Positions 34,584-44,083 of a stretch of 64,000 nucleotides of DNA are shown here, in pieces. Each line of letters opens with the position of its first letter. The first letter of the stretch is position 1. This DNA comes from a virus. The notes beneath the pieces are model-generated. The model was not told the DNA's origin, searched no databases, and worked only from the letters and a program-made list of their open reading frames with translations. The position numbers were made by a program, and so were the translations under genes. Where the stretch lies: positions 1 through 64,000 of the IMG/VR virus record IMGVR_UViG_3300043788_000040, one strand, 5' to 3'.

Positions 34584-35245
34584 GAGTAGTTTTCATTTCC
34601 GACACACACGGGCTACACGGACGCATGACTGCTCCGATCCCCGAGGGCGACATCCTGATTCACGCGGGCGACGGCACCAACGTCGGGCGCATGAATGAGA
34701 TCGCGGCCGCAGGAGTGTGGCTGCGCAGCCTGCCCCACAAGCACAAGGTTTTCGTCGCTGGTAACCACGACTGGATGTTTGAGAAGAACTGTGCCATGGC
34801 GGTGCAACTATTGAACCAAGGTCTCACTGGCGATACGTTGAACTCAAAGATCGTGTATCTTGAGGACAGCGCCGTTGAGATTGAGGGTCTGAAAATCTAT
34901 GGCAGCCCTTGGCAGCCGAGGTTCTTGGACTGGGCATTCAACTTGGATCGCGGTGAATCAATCAAGAAGAAGTGGGACTTGATCCCCGAGGGTCTGGACA
35001 TCCTGATCACGCACGGCCCGCCGATGGGAATCCTTGACCAGACCAACCCGGTTCTTGGCACCGATCACCTTGGTTGCGAGGAACTCATCAAAGCGGTTGA
35101 GCGGGCGAAGCCGAAGGTTCACGTCTTCGGTCACATCCATGGCGGGTACGGCAAGGTGCAGTATCCGAACACACTGTTCATCAACGCCGCGATCTGCGAC
35201 GAGGCGTACAAACCTTGGCGGGAGCCTGTTGTCGTTGACCTATGA
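34580..35245 (+). CDS. Metallophosphoesterase
   Basis: SDTHG, HAGD, GNHD, THGPP, FGHIH. Confidence 0.9.
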   Translation: MRVVFISDTHGLHGRMTAPIPEGDILIHAGDGTNVGRMNEIAAAGVWLRSLPHKHKVFVAGNHDWMFEKNCAMAVQLLNQGLTGDTLNSKIVYLEDSAVEIEGLKIYGSPWQPRFLDWAFNLDRGESIKKKWDLIPEGLDILITHGPPMGILDQTNPVLGTDHLGCEELIKAVERAKPKVHVFGHIHGGYGKVQYPNTLFINAAICDEAYKPWREPVVVDL

Positions 35246-35400
35246 GACGGAAGTGTCAAGTCTACCACGACTGGAAGCAGTGCGAAGAACCCGCCGTGGA
35301 CTACGTTCAGATAGACTACGAGGAAGACACCGTCAGGGTTTGGATGTGCGCCCACCACTGGGACGAACACCAGAAGAGAGTCAAGAATGCAACGCGCTAA
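35242..35400 (+). CDS. Small Cys/His protein (52 aa, not in the ORF track)
   Basis: ATGA overlap; MRRKCQ...C...MCAHHW. Confidence 0.5.
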   Translation: MRRKCQVYHDWKQCEEPAVDYVQIDYEEDTVRVWMCAHHWDEHQKRVKNATR

Positions 35401-35662
35401 CCCACAGCTTTCCGCACTTGCCCTCCTTGTGCAGAGATTTGGCAAACAGATTCCGGGCGGATACGAGGTGCATGTCTCAGCGTTGGAGATGACAACCATG
35501 TCTCCGCATGGTATATTCCAAGAGGTGCCCGACGCTGATGGCAGGGGCGTGCGCTGGCAATACTTCCCGAACCACGTCATTGACATTGAAGGCGGCACGG
35601 TTCCCGACGAGAAGCCAGCGGCTCAGTTACCGGAGAAAACAGACAGTGATAGACCCGTATGA
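35387..35662 (+). CDS. Hypothetical protein
   Basis: Packed in operon. Confidence 0.55.
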   Translation: MQRANPQLSALALLVQRFGKQIPGGYEVHVSALEMTTMSPHGIFQEVPDADGRGVRWQYFPNHVIDIEGGTVPDEKPAAQLPEKTDSDRPV

Positions 35663-36248
35663 TCTGACGAAGCCGTGGGATGCAGTCCGCCTTCAGGAAT
35701 GGTTCCTTTTCGGCGTATGCGTGGCGGGCAAGAGCGCCAAGCAGACCGCAGCGAAGGTTGAGGCGATGCTGAAGGACATGCGCTTCCAGAAGACAGAGCT
35801 TTTCGGCAGGGGCAGCATGCTCGTCCAGTGCGAGAATCTCACGCCTTTCGCTTGCGTGGATTGCGCCGTCAGGCGTGGCAAACTGGGCTACTACCTCCGC
35901 AAGCACAAGCTGGGTCAGTATGGACGGATCAACAAGGCTTTCCGGGGCATGATCAAAATCAGCCCGGAGACCGTCACGCTGAATGAGCTTGAACAGATTC
36001 ACGGCGTCGGTGCAAAGACCGCCCGGATGCTATTGCTCTACACCCGCCCGGATCAGGAAATGATTCCTCTGGATACCCACGTCCTCAAGTGGCTCCACGC
36101 CCACGGCTACGACGCACCGAAAAGCACCCCACCACCCGGCAAGAAATACCGTGAGCTTGAACTTGCCTTCATCCGCGAGGGTAAGAAGCGTGGGCTGACC
36201 GCCAAGGAGTGGGACACTAAAGTCTGGCAGCAGTACGCGAAAGGATGA
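35646..36248 (+). CDS. HhH-GPD DNA glycosylase/AP lyase-like protein
   Basis: LEQIHGVGAKTA helix-hairpin-helix with Lys; PLDTHV catalytic Asp. Confidence 0.75.
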   Translation: MIDPYDLTKPWDAVRLQEWFLFGVCVAGKSAKQTAAKVEAMLKDMRFQKTELFGRGSMLVQCENLTPFACVDCAVRRGKLGYYLRKHKLGQYGRINKAFRGMIKISPETVTLNELEQIHGVGAKTARMLLLYTRPDQEMIPLDTHVLKWLHAHGYDAPKSTPPPGKKYRELELAFIREGKKRGLTAKEWDTKVWQQYAKG

Positions 36249-36251
36249 GCC

Positions 36252-36554
36252 ATGTTCGTTTTGCAGCTTAACCCGATGACCTCCAACGCCGAGAACGTCG
36301 TCCCGGTCGTCCGCGCCGAGACACGTGAGGCTATCGAAGCCCTCCTAAACTCCGAGACCGTGGAGCCGTACACGGACGGACAGTGGCGTAAGGTCTTCCG
36401 GCAGGGCGGCATGTTGGAGTGGTACAACCCGCCGATGGGCGGAGAGTCTTGGATCGGCGTGCCCGCGATCGCGGACATCGGCACAGCCGACGACTGGGCA
36501 CGTCTCGCCCGTGAAGAGTACGAACGTGTTGTTTCGACTATCCCGCAAGTCTGA
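36252..36554 (+). CDS. Hypothetical protein
   Basis: RBS AGGA; 100 aa. Confidence 0.6.
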   Translation: MFVLQLNPMTSNAENVVPVVRAETREAIEALLNSETVEPYTDGQWRKVFRQGGMLEWYNPPMGGESWIGVPAIADIGTADDWARLAREEYERVVSTIPQV

Positions 36555-36631
36555 AAAACCCCCTAAATACAACGATTTCCAATAGCAAATAGGTTCCGTG
36601 ACTTCGGTTCTCTTCAAGTAGGAGAGAGCCT

Positions 36632-37195
36632 GTGCCGATCACCCTACCCATTCCAAAGCTCGCGGCGACCCCAGCCTTGCCGAAGCGGTTCAAGAATGGG
36701 CTTCTTCAGCCTAACTCCAACAAGATGAAGCAGGCAGCCGACCTCCGCGACATCTACGGCGAGATCGCCGGGGAGTGGGGCGGCTTTGAGGACGACCAGT
36801 CCCTCTACGAATTCGCCGAACCGAAGACACGGGAACTTCTTCTTGGAACGGACGAGGACTTGAACGCCGTCCATGATTTTGACACCGCCTCCATGTACGC
36901 CCACAGCGGCAACTGGAAGATGGCGAGTCAGTACCTCGGGTACGCATTGAGGAAGGTCGCCGAAAAGATTGAGAAGCTGGGCTACGGTTACGACGTCAGT
37001 GGTGAAACCGGACGTGGCGGCGGGGGCACAAGCGGTAACGACCGTCATCTCTGGGACACGGGCAACGCCCCAAAGCACGACCACACTGGGGTCAACCCGG
37101 CGAACATGATGTTTGACACGGAAGCGGAGTCAGATTACCCGGAGCTTGCAGCGTTCAAACACAAGCGGGTGCATTGGCCGCCGAGGACTAGATAA
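36632..37195 (+). CDS. Hypothetical protein
   Basis: AGGAG RBS; first gene of the second structural block. Confidence 0.6.
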   Translation: MPITLPIPKLAATPALPKRFKNGLLQPNSNKMKQAADLRDIYGEIAGEWGGFEDDQSLYEFAEPKTRELLLGTDEDLNAVHDFDTASMYAHSGNWKMASQYLGYALRKVAEKIEKLGYGYDVSGETGRGGGGTSGNDRHLWDTGNAPKHDHTGVNPANMMFDTEAESDYPELAAFKHKRVHWPPRTR

Positions 37196-37197
37196 AA

Positions 37198-38523
37198 ATG
37201 GCAACAGTCCAAGTTTGCATTTTCAATCCGGTAACGACGCTCATTGACACAATCACCGCCGCGGCATTCGGTCCGTCGGCGGCTGGTGTCCCCGTTGTCA
37301 CCAACAGCCTTGGTGTCATTGACTCCTCCCTCATCGGTATCGGCGTCACGGCGACGGCTGGACAGAACCTCACCTCGGGACAGCTTGTCAACCTGTACAG
37401 CAACGCTGGAACGCTGACTGCACAGATCGCATCGGCACAGAATACGGGCACGGCTCCCTCCGGCGCTCCCTATCCGATCCAAGCGCAAGGCTACGCAGGG
37501 CTGTCCACATTCGGTGCGACGCAGACGTTCACCGGGGCGAAGCTGACGGTCAACTTCTTCGGCACGTTCACATACATTGACGGCAACGCTGAGTTCAACG
37601 CAGGCACCATCGGTCAGGAAGTGTTCCTGTCTGCCATTACGCCTGGTGGCGTAACGCTGACTCCGGTTACAGCCCTTGAACAGGCGGTCGGCTACGTCGT
37701 TGGATTTGCTGCACCCAACATCGTCTCTATCAGTTTCGCTTCGGGCTTCCAAGACTTCTCACACATCTCCGGCGTCAACCCGATCACCAAGGGCGGCACT
37801 GGTGCTACAACCGCCGTGCAGGCGCTTGACAATCTTTTCGGAACGTTCTCCGCTGGTCAGTTTTGGGCGGGTCCGCTACCCGACGTGGGCGGTGGACCGT
37901 TCGGAGTTGGGGCTTTTGGTGCCGGACCTTTCGGCAGCCCGGCGTCAGCCTTCCCCACGGCTCGCCTCATTTTCAACACTGACTTGCAGGATGCAATCTT
38001 CGGAGCATCTGGTCCGCTTCACAATCCCGGCGCGGTTCCCGACCCCGGCCCGGTTGCTGGCACGACCCACTTCCTGCGGGAAGACGGCACATGGGCAACG
38101 ATTCCGCCCCCTCCGCCCCCTCCGATGCCTATTCAGTCGGATCATCCGGGTCTCACGGCGTCCTTCGGTCCGGTGACCCTACTCGTCCCGGCAGCGACGG
38201 GTATGTTCCGAATCTCGGTTTACGAGGAATGCACGGTCGCTGGCGCAAGCGGCGGTGGCACTCCGTTCGGTGGCGGAATTTTCGGTGGCGGGGTTTTCAA
38301 TGGTTTGGACGACAACCTTCAGACCGTCGTGACTTGGATAGACGACGTTGGAGTGCGCACGGACACGCCGATGGCTATACCTCTTGATCTCGGGAACACG
38401 AATTCTACGAGCGGTGATCTTTTCTTCCGTGCAGTGGGAGGCACCCCGATCACTTTTCAGACGTTTTTGCTAAAGACGGGCACGCCGACATACGGAGTTT
38501 TCGTTAGGCTGGAGAGCTTGTAA
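37198..38523 (+). CDS. Virion structural/fibre-associated protein
   Basis: Gly/Thr-rich; PITKGGTGATTA, FLREDGTW fibre motifs; GxFG repeats. Confidence 0.65.
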   Translation: MATVQVCIFNPVTTLIDTITAAAFGPSAAGVPVVTNSLGVIDSSLIGIGVTATAGQNLTSGQLVNLYSNAGTLTAQIASAQNTGTAPSGAPYPIQAQGYAGLSTFGATQTFTGAKLTVNFFGTFTYIDGNAEFNAGTIGQEVFLSAITPGGVTLTPVTALEQAVGYVVGFAAPNIVSISFASGFQDFSHISGVNPITKGGTGATTAVQALDNLFGTFSAGQFWAGPLPDVGGGPFGVGAFGAGPFGSPASAFPTARLIFNTDLQDAIFGASGPLHNPGAVPDPGPVAGTTHFLREDGTWATIPPPPPPPMPIQSDHPGLTASFGPVTLLVPAATGMFRISVYEECTVAGASGGGTPFGGGIFGGGVFNGLDDNLQTVVTWIDDVGVRTDTPMAIPLDLGNTNSTSGDLFFRAVGGTPITFQTFLLKTGTPTYGVFVRLESL

Positions 38524-38525
38524 AC

Positions 38526-40043
38526 ATGCCATACATCAACCAACTTGACGCCGCCATCGCAACCGTCATCGCTCAGGTGAACGGCACTACGCCTTTGGCT
38601 GGACAGAATATAATCATCACCCCCAGCCCTAGTGGGACTAGAGTCGCACTTGCGAACAACATCGTCGTAAACAACATCACCGCGAACGGTGTAGAGTCCG
38701 TGAGTGGGATGCTCACCGTGGGTGCGGCGCTTTCCGTAAGCGGTTCAATCACTCTTTTGAACCCTGGCATAGCCACATCTCCGGCGAACGAGTTCGCCGC
38801 ACCGTCATTAGTCTTCACCGGATCGTACTGGCACAACACGCCTCCCGGCGCACACCCCGATAGCTACTCGCTTGATGTGACCATGCTCGGAAGTTCGTTT
38901 GATAACCAGTCTTCGGCTGTTCTGACCTTGAACCACGTAGGCGCGAACATCGCATACTTCACGCTGGGTCCTCAGATTTTCCGTTTCACTTCGGGTGGGG
39001 AGAACGTCCTCGGCACGGTTAGTGGCGTGAACTTCGTGGTCTCCCCGGAGCACAGCGATGGAACAGTCTTTACCTTAACCGCCGCTGCCAACGCAATTGG
39101 GAACCTCACAACCTACACCGGGTCTAACATCGCCGTTGTGCCGCCCGAACCTGGGCAGTATGTCACCATCGCTGGTTTCACCAACGGTGCAAACAATGGA
39201 CGCTTTTTGGTTTCAAGTTCCACGGTGGGCGGCGGCGGTAGCGTCACAGTTTACAATGCTGGTGGTATTGCCGAGACGCATGCTGGAACCTCAACTACCG
39301 ACTTCGCCTACCCCCCTCAAGGCGTGTTTTCATCTGTCGGTTTCGGCAGTGGTGTTTTTCATTTGCTGGGGACGTCTCATAACACTCAAGCCACCTTCAC
39401 AGGGGAACCGGGCACTATCCAGTTGGCAATCGGCATGGATGGTAACGCAACCGACGCTGGGTACATGCGTGTCATCAACGACCCCGTATCAGGCAACCAT
39501 GGTATTGAACTCGGCGCTGTGATTGACGGCACGGGCGTTGCACCAGTCTTCATGCAGCTTGGTCACATCGCGGGACAGTCCACGGCGGCTTTCAACGCTC
39601 CTCTGACTCTCCTCGGATCAACCTCCGGCTCCGCGTCTATCGGCGTCGCCGCAGCGGCGGGCACCCCGAACCAAATCAACCTGCCGACCACGACTGGAAC
39701 TGCTGGTCAGGTCTTGACCACAGACGGAATGAACCCGCAGCAGCTTTCATGGAGTTCCGGTAGCGGTCCGCAGACCGAGACTGTGCGTGTCGTGTACGCG
39801 TCAAACCCACTGGCGGCTGGAGCCTTGAGCAGTTCAATACCCGTGACTTTCTCAAGCCCCTTCGCTGATGCAAACTACACGGTGAGTGTGAGCGTGGAAA
39901 CTGCTGCCGCCATGCAGTCTGCTACAGTCGTTGCCACTTTCCAGAAGCAGGGGACACCGCAGAACGGCGTGAACGTGCAGGTTTTGAACAATGACTCCCT
40001 CTCACATACCGTGACTGTGCATGTCATAGCGAGGCACGACTAA
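38526..40043 (+). CDS. Tail fibre-like protein
   Basis: LPTTTGTAGQVLTTDG...LSW fibre motif; C-terminal VTFSSPF..Y.V lectin-like domain. Confidence 0.7.
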   Translation: MPYINQLDAAIATVIAQVNGTTPLAGQNIIITPSPSGTRVALANNIVVNNITANGVESVSGMLTVGAALSVSGSITLLNPGIATSPANEFAAPSLVFTGSYWHNTPPGAHPDSYSLDVTMLGSSFDNQSSAVLTLNHVGANIAYFTLGPQIFRFTSGGENVLGTVSGVNFVVSPEHSDGTVFTLTAAANAIGNLTTYTGSNIAVVPPEPGQYVTIAGFTNGANNGRFLVSSSTVGGGGSVTVYNAGGIAETHAGTSTTDFAYPPQGVFSSVGFGSGVFHLLGTSHNTQATFTGEPGTIQLAIGMDGNATDAGYMRVINDPVSGNHGIELGAVIDGTGVAPVFMQLGHIAGQSTAAFNAPLTLLGSTSGSASIGVAAAAGTPNQINLPTTTGTAGQVLTTDGMNPQQLSWSSGSGPQTETVRVVYASNPLAAGALSSSIPVTFSSPFADANYTVSVSVETAAAMQSATVVATFQKQGTPQNGVNVQVLNNDSLSHTVTVHVIARHD

Positions 40044-41356
40044 TGGGACCGATTAACGACTGGCATTTTGCCCACAATATCGTGGTCGGCGGCAACGCCA
40101 CCATGACTGGCTTCGCGGAAGCCGCGAACGTGTTGATCAACACGAACTCGGTCACGGCCATGCTCGCGGTCGTAGGTTCGGGCGTGCAACCGCTCACGAT
40201 CATCAGCAACAGCGGCAACACGCCCGTCTTCACGATAGACCAGTTCGGTGGGATCGCCGCCGCTGGTGCGTCGCAAAACAGCTTCTCAAACACAGGCGCG
40301 AGCGGCACGCAGATCGTTGATTCTGGCGGTGGCGGGGTCGTCATAACAAACTCTGACACGGGCGGAAGTTTAATCCACATCACAAACAATGGCGCACTCG
40401 GGACGACCATTCTGGATACGGGAGCCGGAGGCATAACCCTCAACTCCAACAACGCAGGCGGAATTTCAATAGACAGCAGCACTGGTGCTGGTACTATCAC
40501 TATCTCGAATAACGGGACTGGCGGCACAAACATCTCGGATGGCGGCACAGGCGGTTTGTCAGTCAGCGTCAGCGGAAACAGCCTCACCCAGCTAGGTTTC
40601 ATCAATCTCTCTAACTCGGGCGGTCTCAACACGGAGGTTGACGACACGGGCGGCGGCGGAATCTTCCTCTATATGGATTCCAGCGGTGCGGTGCCCTACA
40701 CTGTCACTTCCGTTGGCGCTTCCGGGGGCGGCAGCACGACCTACCACGGAACATTCCCATCTGTCAGCATGGGCGGTAACTGGGTGACCATCACAGGCTT
40801 CACGAACTTGTCAAACAATGGCACGTTCCTGATGACCAGCAGCACGGCCACAACGATAGTCGCCAACAATGCCTCCGCCGTCGCTGAAACCCATGCCGCG
40901 ACTGCGACAGAAGCCAGCAGCTTTGTTGTTCAACAGGTTGGCGCAGGCGGCACTCACATCACGGACTCAGGCGGCGGCGGGATCGTGATTGACGCCACGG
41001 GCGCGGGCGCAACCCTCTCCTTGAACCCGAGCGGGAAGCCCGTCAATGCAAATGGAAATCTTGTCAGCCAGACTGTTGCATCCGGGCTAACGGCTCTCGG
41101 TACATCACTGATTGCGTCGGGAGCTTCAGCCACGGTTGTGACCGCAACAGCAACGGGCGCACTGACGACCGACAACCTCGTCGCGGATTTCAGCGCCGAC
41201 CCAACTGGCACTGTCGGATACCAGCCATCAGCGAACGGGATGCTGACCATCATCAAGTTCATCACGGCGGGGCAAGTGAATTTCAAGGTAGTCAACAACA
41301 CTGGAAGCTCAATCACGCCGGGAGCGGTCAGCCTTCAGTGGCGTGTGATCAGGTAA
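40043..41356 (+). CDS. Tail fibre/spike-like beta-repeat protein
   Basis: Repeated D(S/T)GGGGI motifs; Gly/Ser/Thr-rich. Confidence 0.65.
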   Translation: MGPINDWHFAHNIVVGGNATMTGFAEAANVLINTNSVTAMLAVVGSGVQPLTIISNSGNTPVFTIDQFGGIAAAGASQNSFSNTGASGTQIVDSGGGGVVITNSDTGGSLIHITNNGALGTTILDTGAGGITLNSNNAGGISIDSSTGAGTITISNNGTGGTNISDGGTGGLSVSVSGNSLTQLGFINLSNSGGLNTEVDDTGGGGIFLYMDSSGAVPYTVTSVGASGGGSTTYHGTFPSVSMGGNWVTITGFTNLSNNGTFLMTSSTATTIVANNASAVAETHAATATEASSFVVQQVGAGGTHITDSGGGGIVIDATGAGATLSLNPSGKPVNANGNLVSQTVASGLTALGTSLIASGASATVVTATATGALTTDNLVADFSADPTGTVGYQPSANGMLTIIKFITAGQVNFKVVNNTGSSITPGAVSLQWRVIR

Positions 41357-41800
41357 ATGTCGGCGGCCTCTCGCACGATGGTGTATGCAGACGGGACGAC
41401 GGTAGAAGGCTCCACTCATCCGCAGGTGGACTCGGGGTTCGGCTTCACATGCGACGAAGAGATTCTACCCTTTATCGCTGCTTTTTATTCTGTGGGGATG
41501 CAGACTTTGGGTTCTTGTCAAGGCATCTCGGCGTGGAGTCCAGCGGTTATCGTGGCGTCTACTTTCTCAGCGACGCCTACAGGATTCCCCCGGCGTTGGA
41601 TCGCGTACACGCACACTGACCCACAAGTCGTTTTTAATTTTGCTCTCTATATCAGAGACGGAGTGGGGGAGATTGGCGGATGGGCGCAGGCAGTGATGGC
41701 AGATCACCACTCTGCACCGGATGCCGTTTTTGCTGCACTGGAGTTCACTCCTGATTTTGACGCCAAGATGCTTGACCTAATCAAGGCGTGGGAGGGGTAA
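41357..41800 (+). CDS. Hypothetical protein
   Basis: D..I...I......G.QT.GSCQG motif. Confidence 0.55.
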   Translation: MSAASRTMVYADGTTVEGSTHPQVDSGFGFTCDEEILPFIAAFYSVGMQTLGSCQGISAWSPAVIVASTFSATPTGFPRRWIAYTHTDPQVVFNFALYIRDGVGEIGGWAQAVMADHHSAPDAVFAALEFTPDFDAKMLDLIKAWEG

Positions 41801-41801
41801 A

Positions 41802-42089
41802 ATGGCTGTTGTTACGCACTTCACAATCTCCGGTACCTGCAACATAAACGGAACAACGATAACCATAGGCGGCAGCGGCTCTGGAACTCAGATCGTTTCT
41901 GGTGGAACCTATTCCTTTACCGCCGCCTTCGTGGCGGGAAACTTCCCGCTCACCGTCACCCCATCCCTGTCCGGGTTCAATTTCTCCCCGACCGTCATCA
42001 ACGAACCCACGCCTGTCAACGACACGAACGCGAACTTCATTGGCAACACCGTTGCGGGGCAGGTCGGGGCGTTCGCGGTGGGGATTTGA
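41802..42089 (+). CDS. Small Ig-like/transthyretin-like virion protein
   Basis: TISGT..., YSF, VTPSLSGFNFSP, NANF. Confidence 0.55.
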   Translation: MAVVTHFTISGTCNINGTTITIGGSGSGTQIVSGGTYSFTAAFVAGNFPLTVTPSLSGFNFSPTVINEPTPVNDTNANFIGNTVAGQVGAFAVGI

Positions 42090-42214
42090 CCCGATTTCGG
42101 CTTTAGCCGCTTCGGGCACAGTAATATACGGGGTTGAAAACGCTGTAAGGGTCTGAAAATGCTTGTAGGTAACCAAAAATTCCGATTTTCAAAGGCTAGA
42201 TAGAGAGGGTAAAA

Positions 42215-43948
42215 ATGTCAACACCAACAGTATACATGGGACTTCCGAACCCGACAGTCGGCGGCGACGCCAACGTCTGGGGTGGTTTCCTCAACACCTG
42301 CATCACCGGATTCGACACCTTGGCGGTCTACAACGTCGTCCCCGTGGCGGCGAACGCGACTCTGGGAATCTTCAACGGCCCGGCGCTCATCAAGGCGACG
42401 GCTGGCGTCGGTGGCATCACCCTCACACTCCCCGACGCAACGATTCCAGCGAATAAGGGTCGTGTTTACAACGTCGTAAAGGTAGACGCCGCAGTCGGCA
42501 CAGTTACCCTATCACCCTTCGGCGGACAGACAATTTCCGGCCAAGCGAGCGTAGTCATTTCCACTCAGTGGTTTGGCGTTGTCATTCAATCTGACGGCGC
42601 GAACTGGATCGTCTTGGACTTTGATTCCGCCCTCCCGGTCTTCACGTCCAACGGCGTCCTAATCGGCAACGGCACCAACACCCCGACGTCCACTTCTGCT
42701 GCACCCCCGAACTCAATCCTGACAGGCGGCACCAGCGCAGGCATCGTGGGAACGCAGTTGCTCACGGCAGCGTCCTACGCAATCCTCGGCGCAAGCGGAG
42801 TCTCCAACACAGGCGCATCGCTGATCGCTGGCGGTAACGTCGGTTCCTTCCCGACCAACACGATCACCGGACTGACGGGCGCTAACTACACGGCACCCGC
42901 ACAGACGGTCACCGCGGTCTCCCAGAACCAGACAGACCTGCAAGCAGCCATTGTTTTCTATCAGGGCTTGACGCCTTCCACTTCCGGTTTGACTTCGTTT
43001 GGCACCACAACTTTCACCGCCGTAGCCACAGGCTACGCTGGCGGTCCCGGCTTCGTCGGTAACGCAGCAAGCACCCTGCACTTCACGGGCGGCACGATCA
43101 CCCTTGACGGCGCAGGACTAACGAACCCCGTGTTCGTCTTCCAGGTTGGTTCGGCACTCAACGTTGACACCGCTACGACTACATTCAACCTGATCAACAA
43201 CGCAACCGCAGCGAACGTGGTCTTCGTGGTCACAAGCTCGGCTGTGTTTGACGCACACCCGCACATCTTCTCTGGAAACATTCTTGCCAGCACGAGCATC
43301 ACGCTCAATGGCGGAACCCTCACGGGTCGTGCTCTTGCACACACGGGAGCGGTCACCCTCTCCTCGGCGACCAACATCGTCGTCCCGGCTGGCGGAAGCG
43401 GCGCACCGTCGTTCTCCTCAACACCGACCCTCACCTCGCTGGCAACGGTCGGAGCGATTGTGGCTGGCACGACCATCGCATCCGCATCTTTGTCAACCAC
43501 AGGCTTCATTTCGGTTGGTTCCACGATCTCCTCGTACAACGGTCAGGTAACCGCTGGCAACGGCATCGCGTCTATCGTAGCAGCTACCTCACAGAAGTCC
43601 GAGTCCGCTGCCGATGCGAACGTCCTCACATTCACCCCGCCAGCGCTGGCAGGCACCTACAGGGTGCGTTTCGTCCTGTCGGTCTCGGCCGCCGCGGCTG
43701 CTGTCCTCGGATGGACGGCAACATGGACGGACTCAAACGGCAACGCTCAGACTCCGACGAATCTTGCTTTGAGCCAAGCCGGAACCGCACCCGCAGCATT
43801 GACATTTACGACGTCCTCCGCAGGAAACTACTACGGTTTCGCTGATATTGACATCAACAACGCTGCAACGCCTATCGTGATCAAGTTTACTCTCACGGGC
43901 GGCACCATCACTGCCAAGGCGTCGGCAACAATTGAACGCATGATCTAA
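42215..43948 (+). CDS. Virion fibre protein with DUF3494 ice-binding-like domain
   Basis: ASYAILGASGVSNTG, ITLDG...VFVFQVGSAL, NVVF.V.SSA, FSGNILA..SITL..G...GRALA.TGAVTL. Confidence 0.8.
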   Translation: MSTPTVYMGLPNPTVGGDANVWGGFLNTCITGFDTLAVYNVVPVAANATLGIFNGPALIKATAGVGGITLTLPDATIPANKGRVYNVVKVDAAVGTVTLSPFGGQTISGQASVVISTQWFGVVIQSDGANWIVLDFDSALPVFTSNGVLIGNGTNTPTSTSAAPPNSILTGGTSAGIVGTQLLTAASYAILGASGVSNTGASLIAGGNVGSFPTNTITGLTGANYTAPAQTVTAVSQNQTDLQAAIVFYQGLTPSTSGLTSFGTTTFTAVATGYAGGPGFVGNAASTLHFTGGTITLDGAGLTNPVFVFQVGSALNVDTATTTFNLINNATAANVVFVVTSSAVFDAHPHIFSGNILASTSITLNGGTLTGRALAHTGAVTLSSATNIVVPAGGSGAPSFSSTPTLTSLATVGAIVAGTTIASASLSTTGFISVGSTISSYNGQVTAGNGIASIVAATSQKSESAADANVLTFTPPALAGTYRVRFVLSVSAAAAAVLGWTATWTDSNGNAQTPTNLALSQAGTAPAALTFTTSSAGNYYGFADIDINNAATPIVIKFTLTGGTITAKASATIERMI

Positions 43949-44038
43949 TTCCTCCCGCCCGGCGAGTATTATGTCCTATGGGCGTACGTTCGCCGGGTTT
44001 TAGCCTCTTCAAAGTCAATAAAACAAAGAGCTTATATC

Positions 44039-44068
44039 TAGCCGTTTTCGCCCCATTCGCTGTATACT
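44039..44068 (+). promoter_or_regulatory. Early-type promoter TAGCCG-N18-TATACT
   Basis: Member of the repeated promoter family. Confidence 0.5.
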
Positions 44069-44083
44069 AGGGATGGAGGCAAC

